Origin: Octopus vulgaris
Taxonomy: Eukaryota
DNA: 64,000 nt
NCBI GenBank assembly: GCA_951406725.2
Contig: OX597816.1
Coordinates: 78,430,001 to 78,494,000, forward strand
Direction of reading: 5' to 3'
Of the stretch, positions 34,352 through 48,093 are shown in pieces; positions within the stretch are counted from its first letter, which is position 1, and each line of letters starts with the position of its first letter. Both the position numbers and the translations under genes were made by a program. The notes below the pieces were generated by a model that worked only from the letters and a program-made list of their open reading frames with translations, did no database searches and was not told where the DNA came from.

Positions 34352-36319
34352 TTACCTTTGGATATCCTTGTTGCTTATTTTGATTATAATCATCCCATTT
34401 TGAATTATATGGATAATACCATACCAAATTCTGGTGCCTTTAACTTAAGTACCATATTCAAATGAATCTAAATTTTTACTGAACTTATACATATATATAT
34501 ATATATACATATATATGTATATTTTATGGTTAAGCCTCTGTTAAATATACTTAGGTAAATAATTCTAGAGCTGTTCAAAAGAGGTAAAAGAAAAGAATAA
34601 ACAAAATAGAATGAAATAAAGATAAAATTATAATCTATATTTATATCATAATAGAAAATATAAAAAATTTAGAATTCATAACATTTAGATTACTAATTTA
34701 TATATCGAGAAATTGCGTATTATATTTCTACCTGACATGTATAATATATTACATCATTGATTAAACTAGTGAAATTTTGGATTTATTAATCCCTAATGAG
34801 AACTTGACATCTTTGAAATGACTATATATATATATATTACTTAGAATTAAGGATAAAATCTATATAGGATTTTATCAAGTAGTTAACCTGTAAAAACCAA
34901 TTAAGGTAAAAATTGATATTTAGTATACAATTTTACAAATACAATTATAAAATTATAGTAAGGACAATTACGAGGTAATGCCACACACTAGAAGAAGACG
35001 CCAAATTGCTCTAAACTACTTTATCACATATACACACATGCTGAATGCGAGGGAATGAACAAAAAGATTACATATATATATATATGTATATACACACACA
35101 CATACATATGCACACAAAAACATATAGCTGGCTTCTTTCAGCTCTTGTCTACCAAATCCATTCATAATGAATTGGTTGAACTGGGACTATAATATCGCAA
35201 AGTGCCATGTGGTAGAACTGAATTCATAGCAATGTTATTAGGAAGTGTACCCAATGAGATGCTGTTTGAATCAACCTTATATTTTCAGTGGTAGCCTTCA
35301 AAACATATTTGAAATTAGATTTCAGTTTTCACAATTGTTTATATTTTATGTTTTTTGAGATTTTTCATCCTCAATTACAGCAAATTTACAAATTATTAGT
35401 ACATAGTAACAACATTTACAAACTTTATTATCATTATTATCCATAAGCTGCTTGAACTGACTTTTACAATTGTTATACTATTTCTCATCAGGGCTGGCCT
35501 GAGGTGGTGTGGGGCCCAATTGGGTGAGGTGAGGGGGAATTTCCGATGGTCCACCCTACCCCAACCCCCTCCAATTTCCATGGAAAAAATCATTTGCGGC
35601 ATATTAGAAGATGAGATTTGTTGATAGCACAAGAAAAAAAAGCTAAAAAAAAAAAAAAAAAAGAGGAAAAGCAGCATTTCCCACCAAAATCGAGTTGGGT
35701 GTTAAATTATAAATTTACCAAAAATTTTCACAATCAGTAAGTGAAATTGCATCTAAACTACACTTCATAAAAATACTCTGGCAAAAATTGGAAAGAAATT
35801 TAACAAGATATCCAAAGAAACTTTTATCTGTTGCATGATGTTACACTGAAAGAGATATACATAAAATGCAAATTAGTAATTAGAATTTTTCGGAAGTTGT
35901 TTATATACTTACCTTTTATTCTTTTTTTCTATAACCTCTTTTATAGAAAATACAGTCCTGTCTGTGTGGCAAGAAGCCTGTTTCTTAATTATATGGTTCT
36001 GGGTTTAGCACCATTGTGTGACACCAAATGTCTCCTTTTGCTTTTAGCATTTTTGTTTTATTTTTGCTTTTTTTAAACACATGCACACACACACATACAC
36101 ACATAAAATTAAAACATATTTAACCTTTCTGTTTTTCATTATATTATAAATGTTTCAAATGGACATATTTTATTTTCATATATAACATATAAACACGTAT
36201 ATCTTTTAGAAGATTGTCATTTTATAAAATTTTGCTGGCAAATTTTTAATCTAACATAAACATTTATTTACATGGAAGAAAATTACCCGAAAGCTTTCGT
36301 CTAATTCTTCCAAATCTTT

Positions 36320-38935
36320 CTGTTAAAACTGTATTGAAACCATTTGTGGAGAATTTTTTTTTATCACAGCAACTGGTTGCATACCACAGGGTTTAACAGA
36401 ACCTACTGAAGCGAACCAACATACTCGCAGCTTAGCGGGCGATGGCGAGGCTAAGGAGTTTGGAACGTCAAGAATCACCTGAACCTCAGTGAGGCGAGCT
36501 GCCAACGTTGACAAGAACTTCGCGGTTAGTGACCTAGTCCCTGCGAATGTTTCAAATGCCACAAGCTGGAAGAGATAGTTTACTGTCAGGTCCCGATACG
36601 TTATGGTTTTCTTTTGTTTGGCTATGGAAGCAGTGACCCTCCCATTAACTGCAGCATCTAGGATGTGGGAATGAGAAAAGGGGTTGCAGACTGTGGCATC
36701 CAAATGAGGCACCTTCCTCTAACCTAGAGACAGAGAGTAAGACCATCTGAACTCTTTCCATCACTTCTGGATAACCCCAACGGTTCCAGAACTGAGGGGA
36801 TATTAATTTGAGCCAAGGCCTGCTTAATGATTAGGTTTAGCTCAGTGTGATGAGCAAAGAGACCAGCATTTAGGCAGCAAGACAGACCATGAAGACCTGT
36901 GGGGTTGAGAGTTCTACTACAGCGGCATCTCAGTCCCCTAGACTGAATAGATCTCCAATGTTGGCCACAGCCAGGGCATCAATCCAGTACCTTGAGAATT
37001 TTGCACAACCTGAAAGTAGGCAACACCTTGAAAATTGATCAGATTGATCAAGGAGAGAGTTGAAAGTGGCACCTGAAATCAGATTGTCCCATACTCTTTG
37101 TTTCTGTCTATCCTCTACTGTAACCAGAAATGACATACTCATTGCTCTCTACTGTGATAGAGCTTCATATATCTCCCTGTGGAATTAGTCCATGCTGGAG
37201 AGGAGAGGATGTTGCCTACCAATGGGAAGCAAGAGTGGATGGAGAAAATAAAACAAGGAAGAGATAAAGATGAGCACTTGTGCAGACCTAGACCCCCCAA
37301 ACCGTTTGGGTAAAGTAGTTTGGTTGCAGGAGTCCGGTGAGAGTTTGACATTGACCAAGCATTTGAGTTTCCTGAAGATCAGTTCATCAAAGTAATGGCG
37401 GGTTGACAGGAATTTGTAAGAGGGACTAACTCTCACCAAATACAATAGCTTAGGAATTGACAAGCAATTCCCAAATATATAAAAAAAAACCTTGGAAGGG
37501 TTCAATTACTTCAAGGTTTTTTCAAAGTTGCTCGAGGTTAGCCAATTTGGATTTAAGGATGGACTCAAAAGCTAGGTCAGTAATTAGGGCTCCAAAGGAT
37601 CACCACTCTGATGAAAGAGGAATTGCGGGTGAGGGGAGAGTGTCAACAAATAGTTTAATAGTGTGTTCATGAGAAGCTGGCTGGTTGAGGAGCCAGAGTA
37701 TTTGGAGCTGTTAATACTAAGACCAAGTTCTTCGATCATTGTCCTCACAGTTGCAAGCACCTTGTCAGGAGGGCCTCCAAAACAAGCATCATCGAGGTAC
37801 CAAGCATTTAGGTTTAGGTTGGCTCCCATCTTGGTGGCATCATCAATACCCAATGCAAATAGGGCATGAACAAGAGGATCACCCTGTTGGAATCTAGAAG
37901 CAAATGGGATGTGGTGGTCACCAAACGTGAGGTAGGAGGGCTCCTGAAGTTCTCTCCAAGCAAAGTGAAAGGTGGTGGGGGATTTCTTCCTTACTGCACA
38001 GATGATGTCTTGACTGATTGAGTTAAAAGCATTCTTGAAGTCAAGTTTGAGGATGACCTTTGGAGACTCAGGGGGCAAGTTTGTGAAAGCCCTGGTGGCA
38101 TGGGTAGTAGGCTACTCGCAACCTAGCTTAATACCCACTCCTCACTGAATAGGGGAAAATTCCTCAGTCAGGCAGTTAGAAATTGAGGACAGGCACACTT
38201 TTGCTGTGAGCCGTCGCAGAGTACAACCAGCTGCTATGGGGCGGAGGTCACCGTTGGGCTTGGTGAGACCAAATAGGTTGGCCTCAAAGAACAGGAGACG
38301 AATATAGGCAAGGAGATTCTCAGACGAGAACAAGTTCATAAACTGTGTTAGGTTCTCCAAGAGTTCAAGCTCAGCATCACCAGTTGACAGGGAGATACCA
38401 TCCTTGAAATACTGAGGTCGTAAGCCATCGATTCCGGTGCCAGAAACTGCTGGAAAAGAGTCAATTGCCTTTCTGACATTGTCAATGGTGACGATAGGTT
38501 GTAGAAAACTTGGTATGTCGGGCCAGTGTAGGTAATTATGTGAAGGGACTGGAGGATTTTTCTCCTTCATTTGGTTAAGGGAGTCTGTGTTACACGAGAT
38601 GTAGGAGGACAGAGAGCAAAGAAGGCGAACAGCCCCTTTAATGTCAAATTCACTGAATTTAGCATTAACAGGCTTCTTTAAGTAAGGTGGTCGACCATTG
38701 TTCGGTGTTGAGCTGATGACCGACCTGAGATGAACAGTTGTTGGGGGTAGATTTGAACAGCTCGAAATGCCGTTTCATGAGGGATCCACTATTCCCATTC
38801 ATTACGTAGAGGGAAGCCAAAAGGAACAAAAACAGTTTATGCCAATTCCAGGTGCAGTTGGATAGGCAGATGTTCTTCAGCAGTTTCAAGAGAACATGGC
38901 GAAACAAGTTTGAGCACCCATTAAAACATCAAAGA
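36320..38935 (-). mobile_element. CRE-clade (RT plus restriction-like endonuclease) LINE, degenerate
   Basis: LRPIAAGCTLRRL, LKLDFKNAFNSI, QQGDPL, AWYLDD, GGLGL, LEPLGLSRSDGKSSDG and LDATVC. Confidence 0.85.
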
Positions 38936-39130
38936 GAAGAATGAAACTGAAGAATTTGTGGTGTACCAAAATTAAACAGCAGAAAAAGTAAAGAAATAAG
39001 TAAACCGGAAGAAACAAAAATGAACAGAAGAAAATTACAAAAGTTTAAAAAAGTGAGGGAAAAAAGAGAGGCAAAAAAGGTAAAGAGGAAAGGAAGGAAA
39101 AGGAATAAAGATTACAAGAATTATAGAATA

Positions 39131-39553
39131 CTAGCATTAAAGACCCGTCGTTGCGGGGTCATAGTGCTAGTGCATGTATATATGTGTATATATATGTGTA
39201 CATATTACATGTACATCTATATATACATCTACACATAAAATACAAGCGTGGCTACAATCCAGCCTACCTCTACTTCGGGGTGGGGGGGGTGCATTTAAAA
39301 TTTTTTCCTGGCATGTGTAAAATTTGAATGGAATTGGTTGTGTAGTTCTCAAGTTTTAGGGAATCGTAGTGGAGAAGATATGATATTGCTGTGGGCTCGC
39401 TCTAGGCAAAAAGTTAAACATTTTTTTGCCGATGACACTCCCCGGACCCTAAGTAAGGCATGTGTAAAATTTGAATGAAATTGGTTGTGTAGTTCTCAAG
39501 TTTTAGGGAAACACACAGACAGACACACATTCTCAGTTTTATATATATAAAGA
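39131..39553 (-). mobile_element. Short non-autonomous Helitron
   Basis: 5' TC, 3' GACCC hairpin plus CTAG, and an A|T target. Both ends match 49407-50998. Confidence 0.85.
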
Positions 39554-39905
39554 TAAATCAATGTATAAGCACCGACATTCATTAGTGTCACATCAGATCT
39601 TTTTAAAACTGTTTCTTACTTTCACTCCAATCTCTGTGCTTGCATCGAGATTTTAAGCTAACCATTACGGCCTTCTGCAAAAGATCAAGGGCAGCAACGG
39701 AGAAAAATCTTCATCATCATTGTCATCATCAATATTATTATTATTAATTTAATTTAAGTAATTTAAATACTATGTGATTGGTGTTTGTTTAGTTTGTGAG
39801 TGACTTGTATAAACAGTGAGCGTGTATGTGTAGAGTTAGAAATGTGTATGTGATTTGTGTTTGTACTTACAGCACTCTTTAGTAAAACCGAGGGTGACTC
39901 TAGAC

Positions 39906-40346
39906 CAGGCCTGGCCAACTCGACACCGTGGGTCACTAAAAATAAAGGTTTCTTTTCTTTAAGTTCAGATATTCATTCTTCCATTTTTCCTATGATCTTG
40001 ACAAACTGACTGACGACAAATTCACCTGGGGACAAATTGACCAATGACGTATTGACTGGGGACAAATTAAACGATGACAAACTGTGGTCAACGAATTGAC
40101 ATTGACTGGACACCTATGTACGAATGATCGTTGTTTCAACATGAAATATTATCGTTGCAAAAACAGTAGTTTCTTTCTTTTTTACTTTTCATTACAATCT
40201 TTAATTTTTGATAAAATTTTAAAAATGTTTGTTTAAATAAACCTATTTATAAGAAAGTATCAATTGGGCCATAAGATAAAAGTCTGTGGGCTGCATATGG
40301 TCTGTGGGCTGCATGCAGTCTGCGGGCCTCAAGATGGCCAGCCCTA
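39906..40346. mobile_element. hAT MITE containing a 15-bp tandem array (GACAAA...; ~40000-40113)
   Basis: TIRs CAGGCCTGGCCAAC / GATGGCCAGCCCTA and TSD CTCTAGAC / TTCTAGAC. Confidence 0.75.
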
Positions 40347-40835
40347 TTCTAGACCTTCGAACAATAACTGGTGATCCTGAACCCCCACAAAAACTGACGA
40401 CCTCGTACGCATCATCGTAATAACTATTCATGTTTGACAGCCATCTTACACAATGATTGAATGCCGTGCATATAGTGAAGATCAAGTACATCTTCGAACA
40501 ATGAACCTTCTACAAATCCTGAAGGAATATTGATGCTCAGTCGTCTCAATTACTGTTACATACTGTGCACAAAAGTTTTTCCATTGAGAAATTCAAATGC
40601 AGAGTTTTTTTATATCACTGATTTTCTAGTTTGAGTCATTTGGAGTGCGAGAAGTTTTTGACACTCAATTATTACTGACTACCCTCCACTATTTTGGGCT
40701 TCAAAGCATCCTCAATAGATAGTTGAGTTAAAGTGAAATCTTGAGAAATATTGGTCTATTTTCGTCAATAAAAATTATAACGTGGAATGATTATTATTTT
40801 AATACACTTCTATATTTTAGAGATGTGGAAATATG

Positions 40836-42214
40836 TACATTATTTACAATTGACAGATATTTGTTCTTGTCTTATTTGTTGTTAACACATTTCCTCTGAT
40901 ATAACCTCCATCCTTCATCAGGTGTCTTGGGGGAAATTTCAAACCTGGGTTCTCATTCCTAAGGTATTTTTCGATGTTATTATTATTATTATTCAGGTCA
41001 CTGCCTGGAATCGAAATCGGAATCTTGGGGTTAATAGCCCGCGCTCTTAACCACTACGCCATATGCCCGTGGACAATTACAAAGTGAATTTTAGGGCTTA
41101 TTAATCTAATATTCTCCTATCCTTCCTTAATACTGGTTCCCATATGCTGTTCATATCTGCACTCAGTCTGCTTAGGAGGTTGTTGTGTCCTAGCATATGT
41201 GCTACTTTTGTTAGTTTTCATATTTTCCAGTGGTGTTCTCTGTCTATTATTTTAACTTCATCCTACTGGGGGTGATGGTCTCCATTTTTCCATACATGCC
41301 CGATTTATCAATAACTCCACGTTCACAGCTTTGCGATGTTCCTCTACACATATTTTGAGGTGGGCGGCATGTTTCACCTTTGTATAACCTACTACAGCTG
41401 CATGGGATGGAGTATACATAGTTCTTAGTCATATCCTCTTCTACTGGAGGTTTTACTCAAAGGGGATATTTGCAAAGTGTTGTTTTATTTTTGAATACTG
41501 TCCTGATGTCATATGGGCAACATATCTTTTGTATCTTTTCGGAGGGGCCTTTCACATAGGGTAGATAGACTGCGGACAGTTTATTGGTTTCATCCCCTCT
41601 TTTCTTCGTAATTGGAGTGGAGAGTATGCTTTTGGGGTAGTTGTTGCTTAATATATTGTTAGTGAGCTTGATCATTTCTTCATGGTGGGTATCAAGATTG
41701 CTACTTATATTCATTGCTCGATGTTTTAGGCACTGAGCAATCCCTCTCTTTACACTGTATGGATGATGGGAGTTGAAGTTGAGGTATCGTCCAGTGAAGG
41801 TCGGCTTGCAGTATACAGATGTCCTGAATCCGTACATGGTGTGTGTTATTAATATGTCCAGGAATGCTAGCTAATTGTCATTTTCTTTTTCCATTGCGAA
41901 CTGTATGGATGGCTTTATTGAGTTCACATGATCTAACAGCACTTGGACATCTTCCTGGTGGGACCAGAGTATGAAGGTGTCATCAACATATCGCAGCCAT
42001 AGGGTTGGTTTTAGAGGTGTTGATCCAATATTCCGAGTTTGATTCTAGGCAGTGACCTGAACAACAACAACAATATAAAAAAATACCTTAGGAATGAGAA
42101 CCCAGGTTCGAAATTTCCCCCAAGACACCTGATGAAGGCTGGAGGGTATATCAACCGAAATGTGTTACCAACAAACAAGATGAGGACAAATAGCTGTCAA
42201 TTGTAAGTAATGTA
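40836..42214 (-). mobile_element. 5'-truncated Penelope element (RT plus GIY-YIG) with inverted pLTR
   Basis: WLRYVDDTF, VYCKPTFTGRYLNFNSHHP, YLPYVKG and VYSIPCSCSRLYKGET. The pLTR at 40836-41070 is mirrored at 42030-42214, with CTGATGA...GAAA cores in both. Confidence 0.9.
40996..41068 (-). promoter_or_regulatory. tRNA-like Pol III module (A/B boxes) inside the Penelope pLTR
   Basis: 73 nt: GGGCATATGGCGTAGTGGTTAAGAGCGCGGGCTATTAACCCCAAGATTCCGATTTCGATTCCAGGCAGTGACC. The stems are imperfect, so it is not a functional tRNA. Confidence 0.65.
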
Positions 42215-44576
42215 AATAATGAATATTATTTTGTAGGCTATTAAAATCCAATGTGGACATTGACACACTTTATTGAAATATAGTTTTCCCAAAATTAAAC
42301 ATATACAAAGTATATTTATAGCAACTTACACAAACATACGCATATGTATATACATACAATTCACCGTACACTTAAACAACCACATACATGCTTTCACACA
42401 CATGAATATTTTACCCAAACATGCCCATAAACGTTCCCAAACATGCCCATAAACGCTCCCAAACATTTACATACACACATACATGCACATATTTGACCTT
42501 TACACTCAAAATCCAGGTAAGGCTAACCCAAGCAATTTTGGGTGAATGGGTTTATCTTTTGGTATCTTGTGTTACTAAAGTGTAGAAAGTATGTTTTTTT
42601 TTTTAAAAATAGCATTTTTATGTAGATTTTTGTAAACTTCAAGGAGACTACCTTCATAAAATGTCGTAGTATATGATGTGGCCTCCTTGAGCATAAGGCC
42701 CCCTTGGGTGCAGGGCCCGACTTGAAGCAATTGGTTCAGTTGGCTTAAGGCTGGCCCTGTCTCATCATTAGTATTCCACTTTCTCATTTTGAGAGTGAGC
42801 AAATAAAGTGCTTAAAATTTACAATGGGATAGCAGAGATGTTTCAACCTATCTGAAACACAATTCACAGAGTACTATTGAGTAGGGCTTTAAAAAGAAAA
42901 AAATTAAATATAATAAACTTTCCATAAAGTCTTTTAACCTTTTATTCTAGTTCAATTAGGCCTCAAATTAAAGAAAGAAGAAGCAAAAAAAATAATAAAA
43001 TGATTTTCTTAATTAATAGATTAATGCTTACATGCAGTGGAATTTAGAAAGTTTAGAAAAAATCCTCTATCTAAATTAACAAAAAACAATCGCCAGTTTA
43101 GTAAAGAAAAGCTTTTTGTGTGTATTCATAAACTAATCTATCCATACCTAACCTAATCTACCATGTATTACACTAGGTCTTTACCTATTATGTTACCAGT
43201 AAAAATATTTGCTAATCACGAACATAACTTGTTTTAATAGTAAACTGTTGTATAGTGTAAGTCTCATTGGTTATTCTGTTGACAACAGTCTACTTATCTA
43301 TCCATCTTGCACACACACACACACACTCTCTCTCTCTCTCTCAACAACAACAAATTTCTCTCTCGACAACAACAAATACCTGTCGTTATAGTGAGAGTCT
43401 TTTTGTAAAGTATGTGTTGCATTATCTCAATGTTGAAAGAGATTCAGAAGCACACAGACATAGACACACAGACACAAACAAACAACCAAAACAACCTACC
43501 TACGTACCTACCTATATACAGTAGAAAGCTACAACATCATAGTATTCATCTTGAGAATGCATACATGAATACCACACTGTTGTAGTTTTCTTCAGTATAT
43601 CAATGTTTAGTAAGATATACAGAATGCTATTCTGAACTAATACTACTTCTGTCACTAACAAACATTTCTCTATATTATTGATGTAACAATAACCTACATT
43701 TGAATGTATCAAATGATGAATGCATGGTTGTGGAGCATCTAAAAGAATAAAAATACTTATAACCTTATTTAGATAAAAATGTCTACCTGTTAGTGTGCAG
43801 TGAATTTTTAGCCTCAGTTAGAATAATTTTTTTCTAGCTATAGTAATGCTAGCGTATTACACTGTAAATTCAACAGGTAACTGTTAACTTTTAATAATAT
43901 CACATTGTTTCATGAATCATGCATTCAAATTTAAGGTGTGTTCAATCTCACTTTTCACTTATCAACAACTTTTATTCTCAAAATTACCTTTTATTGATTT
44001 TTTTTTTAAACAATTAGACTGTATATCATTTTGAAATTGAAAAAATAAAAATAAAATTGAATGCACTAACTATTTTTGTTTTACAATTTAAACAATGACA
44101 TTTCCCATAAAAATTCAGGCTGTTTTGATCCACATGTTTTCCTACATAAAGACCAGTCTAAATTGTAACTGAAATGTAGTCTATCTTCCTAATTTGAGAA
44201 GAAACCAAAATTAGTAGTTAAATATAATTAAGGAAACTATAGTTTTCTGAAGGTTGATTTGTGGACAGAACTTTCAGTTTTGGAACTATCTATCTGAATT
44301 CATGTAGGGTCTTAAATTGATCATAAATCAAGATAATTTTTGATGTGTGAATAATTCAAATTTGATCAGATTTACAAAATTTAAAACACAATGTCCAGAT
44401 CTGGACATTTCTGGTAGCCTTGTTCGTAGACATTAACATTTATTCTTTCACAAAATGATATGATCTGTTCCTCTCATAATAAAAATAGACAGACCTTGGT
44501 AAAAAAAAAAAAAAAAAAAAAAAACAAAGAAAATACCTTTGTAAAATAATACAGTAGAAGGGCTGTGAAACTTTTA

Positions 44577-45822
44577 TTGAGTTGGCAATTAAGTTTGCAC
44601 GTTTTGGAATTTATTGGCTTTTCAAATTTTGGAATCTATTTTTTTGAGAATTCTATTTTTGAATCATTTTTGAATCTATTTTGTTTTTTCTAGTTAATTT
44701 TAATTAATTTTTGCATATTTTCAGATTATTAAAATGGAATGTCAAGTTAAGAAAAACGACCATTTTCGACACCTTCTTTTTGCTTTTAATCAAGGTTCTA
44801 AGGCCACAAAAGCTGCTCGTGGCATTTGTGCTGTGTATGAAGAGGGTGCCATAACTGAAATAACCACTCGTGATTGGTATGCCAAGTTCAAAAATGGAAA
44901 TTTTGACCTCAAACACGCACCTCATTCTGGCTGTCCAGTTGAGTTCGATGAAGAGTGATTAAACCAACTTTTGCACGAAAATTCTCATCAAACGACAAGG
45001 GAACCGGCAGAGAAAATGGAATGTTTCCACACTGCTATAGAGAAGCATCTTCACTCGTTGAGAAAGGTTCAGAAGTATGGAGGATGAGTTCCGCATGCTT
45101 TAAGTGACAACAAAAATCAACGAACAACAATCTCCGCTGGTTTACTTGCTCATCACCACTCAACTCATGGACCCAAACAATGATTTCTTTACTGAATTGT
45201 TACTGGTGACAAAAAATGGTGCCTGTACATCAATATGAAGCAGTTTAAGGAATGGCTTAGCCCTGATAAACAAGCGACACCGTGCATGAAACAAGATCTT
45301 CATCCATGTAAAACAATGTTGTGTGTATGGTGGAACTGAGAAGGGATTATCCATTACGAATTGCTTGAACAGAACCAACAGATGGAACAACTCAACATGG
45401 TTATTCAAGAGAAAAGACCTAATTGGCAGCATGGAGTTCTTCAGCTCCACAACAACGTCTGCCCTCATATCACCAATATGACCAAGGAAGCTATTCAAAC
45501 GCATGGGTGGGAAGTGCTGCCACATCTGCCATATTCTTCTGATTTGGCACCAATGGATTTCCACCTCTTTCAACCTCTTTCAAATGCTATGCGTGGAGTT
45601 TTGTTCAGTACTGATGCAGAAATGAGAGCTTGGTTGATCAATTTTTTTGCGTCGAAATTGGGTGATTTCTACCAACGAGGTATTAAAAATCTTGTTGAAT
45701 GTTGGGAAGAAGTTGTAAACAACAAGGGTGAATACATTATTGATTAATTAGTTGTTATTTTTTATTAAACCTTTAAAAAAATTTAAATTAAAAAAACGGC
45801 AGGAACTTAGTTGCCAACCTAA
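44577..45822 (+). mobile_element. mariner transposon; transposase pseudogene at 44734-45747
   Basis: TA-flanked TIRs TTGAGTTGGCAATTAAGTT / AACTTAGTTGCCAACCTAA, and motifs *VPHAL, IVTGDKKW and HLPYSSDLAPMDFHLF, with stops. Confidence 0.92.
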
Positions 45823-46483
45823 TATTTTTGAGAAAGAAGAGCATCAGATATTCATGGGTTCCTCATTGGTTGTCCAGGTCCTGGACTCAAATAATGCAGA
45901 AGCTAATTCCTACCCACCTCATAGGTCCAGGCTATACTGATATGAATATCCACCTGTCTTAGAAAACAATAATGTGAAAATAATTTGGAACTTCGACACA
46001 TATACAGGTCACCAGATAGCGGACAAAAATGGTTACGAAATAAAATGTTAAGATAAAACACATATATCACACTGATTAAGTTTTATTAAAGATTTTGAAT
46101 CATTACAAATGTTTACTTTTAAGATTTTGAATAATTCATCATTGAAAATAATTCGCAAAATTTTTCTTGAATATAAGTGTTAGGAATTATGTAAAGTGTC
46201 ATATAACAAGTGAATTGATTAATTCTAAAAAAGTTTTGCAAAGTAAAAGTTAAAACTGAAGTTGACAAGAAAAACAAAAAACCCTAGAAAAAACTAAAAG
46301 CAAAAAACAAAAAAGCATGGCTGATAACAAATAATTACAGTGTCAAATATTTAACTGGTTTTGTTTATAGCTAAAATTACATACTTTCATAAATTACAGA
46401 TGATTGTAGTTTCTAGAAAGGTGTATGTGTACGTATGCGTGCGCATGCATGTGTGCGTGCGCATATGAGCATCAGTGTGTGTG

Positions 46484-46548
<65 letters not shown>

Positions 46549-46917
46549 CTGTTCTCATGTCAGCATGATTCCTAAATTTAAAATTGCAGTAATTTATTTT
46601 GAAGTTAATGTTCATTATAATTCTTTCAATTCTTTCAGTTTGAAGGTATTTCTGTGCAAATCAATCTTTCAATTTAAAACGTAATAAATTTATGATTAAA
46701 ATAACGATATTACAAGAATACATTTGTATATTTAAACTTTGAATAGATATGTATAAACAAAACTCATAGAATTAAAGGAAGCAAGCATTGAATACGATTC
46801 AAATTTAAGTCATCGGGTGAGATTTAAGAATTATTGTAGGATTAAGCAGTTAATGAAATCAGTTTAGTTTAAGTACAAAATAATTTTGAACATCGCAAGA
46901 GATACTTTGAATGGAAT

Positions 46918-47085
46918 TTAGACATGTACATATTTCTTAATCCATTCTATTCCGGAATAAACAGCAGAAAATCCTGCTGGACGTGACACAGTATATCTAC
47001 AGTCTTCCGAAACAAAGCTGGAAACACCTTGCACCTCCCATTGACCATGGTCATTTTGTGTTTGGAATGGGCCTCCACTGTCACC
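46918..47085 (-). CDS. Terminal exon of an S1 (chymotrypsin/elastase-like) serine protease; upstream exons not found in the window
   Basis: Acceptor TTTATTCTTTCCTAG, then GDSGGPFQTQNDHGQWEVQGVSSFVSEDCRYTVSRPAGFSAVYSGIEWIKKYVHV*, with the catalytic Ser motif after a phase-0 intron. Confidence 0.93.
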   Translation of the reverse strand, partial: GDSGGPFQTQNDHGQWEVQGVSSFVSEDCRYTVSRPAGFSAVYSGIEWIKKYVHV

Positions 47086-48012
47086 CTAGGAAAGAATAAA
47101 AAATATCATTATAAAACTGAAAGATTATTAGATAACACGGTGTAACACAATTTTTTTTCCTTGCATAGTAACTGTTATTTCCTATTTGCTTACCCCTAGA
47201 AAGTATGAAAAATGGCTAATGTTTCCTTTAAAATTTGTTTTTGCTACATTTATTCAAGTCCCAAAGAATCCTGCTCAACACATGGTTATGATTCTCCCCT
47301 ACTACTCCCACTTATGATCAGAGATGCACGTATTGTCAGACACTTGAGTTCAAATGGCTAAGATCAAGCAACTGAAAAGAAAATCTGTAGTATTGAACAG
47401 AATGTTTGCTATAACGATATTTCTGCTTCAGCAACTCAGCATTGAATCTGTCTGAAATGTAATGGAAAATTTGTCAGTTTCAGAACATTGATGTCTAGGC
47501 CAAAAAAGCGAAGTGTCAAGGGAATAGTAGTAATTTATTTTGATTTCTAGATAGAAGGAAATTGGAAATAACTCTTACTGAACAAAGATGCAAAAAATAA
47601 AAATTTTGTTAAACAGTGTAATGGATATAAACCATTAATGCATTCATCATCATCATCATCATCATCATCGTCATCGTCATCATCGTCATCGTCATCGTTG
47701 TCGTCGTCGTCATCATCATCGTCGTCATTTTAACATCCATTTTTCCATGCATGCATGGGTCTGATATTGAATGATTTTTAAAATCATATGCCTTTTCTAT
47801 TGCCAAATCTAACCTGTTTCCTAGCAACATATTTTCCCACGATCATACATTGATTTTGCAGAATATTGGAAATAAATGACATTCATTAAGAACATTCATG
47901 TGATATCAAGACAAGGAGATACATATATACACTGACATATATATATGTTTGCGTCCATCTACAATGTATGTATATTATGATGTGTATGTATGTATGTATG
48001 TATGTATGTATG

Positions 48013-48093
<81 letters not shown>

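Larger units (their letters stand above)
35489..42759. mobile_element. Possible hAT-like shell enclosing nested TEs
   Basis: CAGGGCTGGCCTGAGG and CTTAAGGCTGGCCCTG ends, both flanked by TCTCAT. Confidence 0.45.

Noticed and set aside
39995-40115. CRISPR-like periodic repeat (also 23820-23885, 4520-4820)
   Set aside because: Short degenerate tandem units without unique spacers, inside eukaryotic TEs, with no cas genes.
40360-40740. Cys-rich transposase C-terminus remnant
   Set aside because: Too many stops to assign by eye.
40996-41068. tRNA gene
   Set aside because: Acceptor and T stems are mispaired and it is embedded in a pLTR; treated as a tRNA-derived module. The same applies to the SINE heads.
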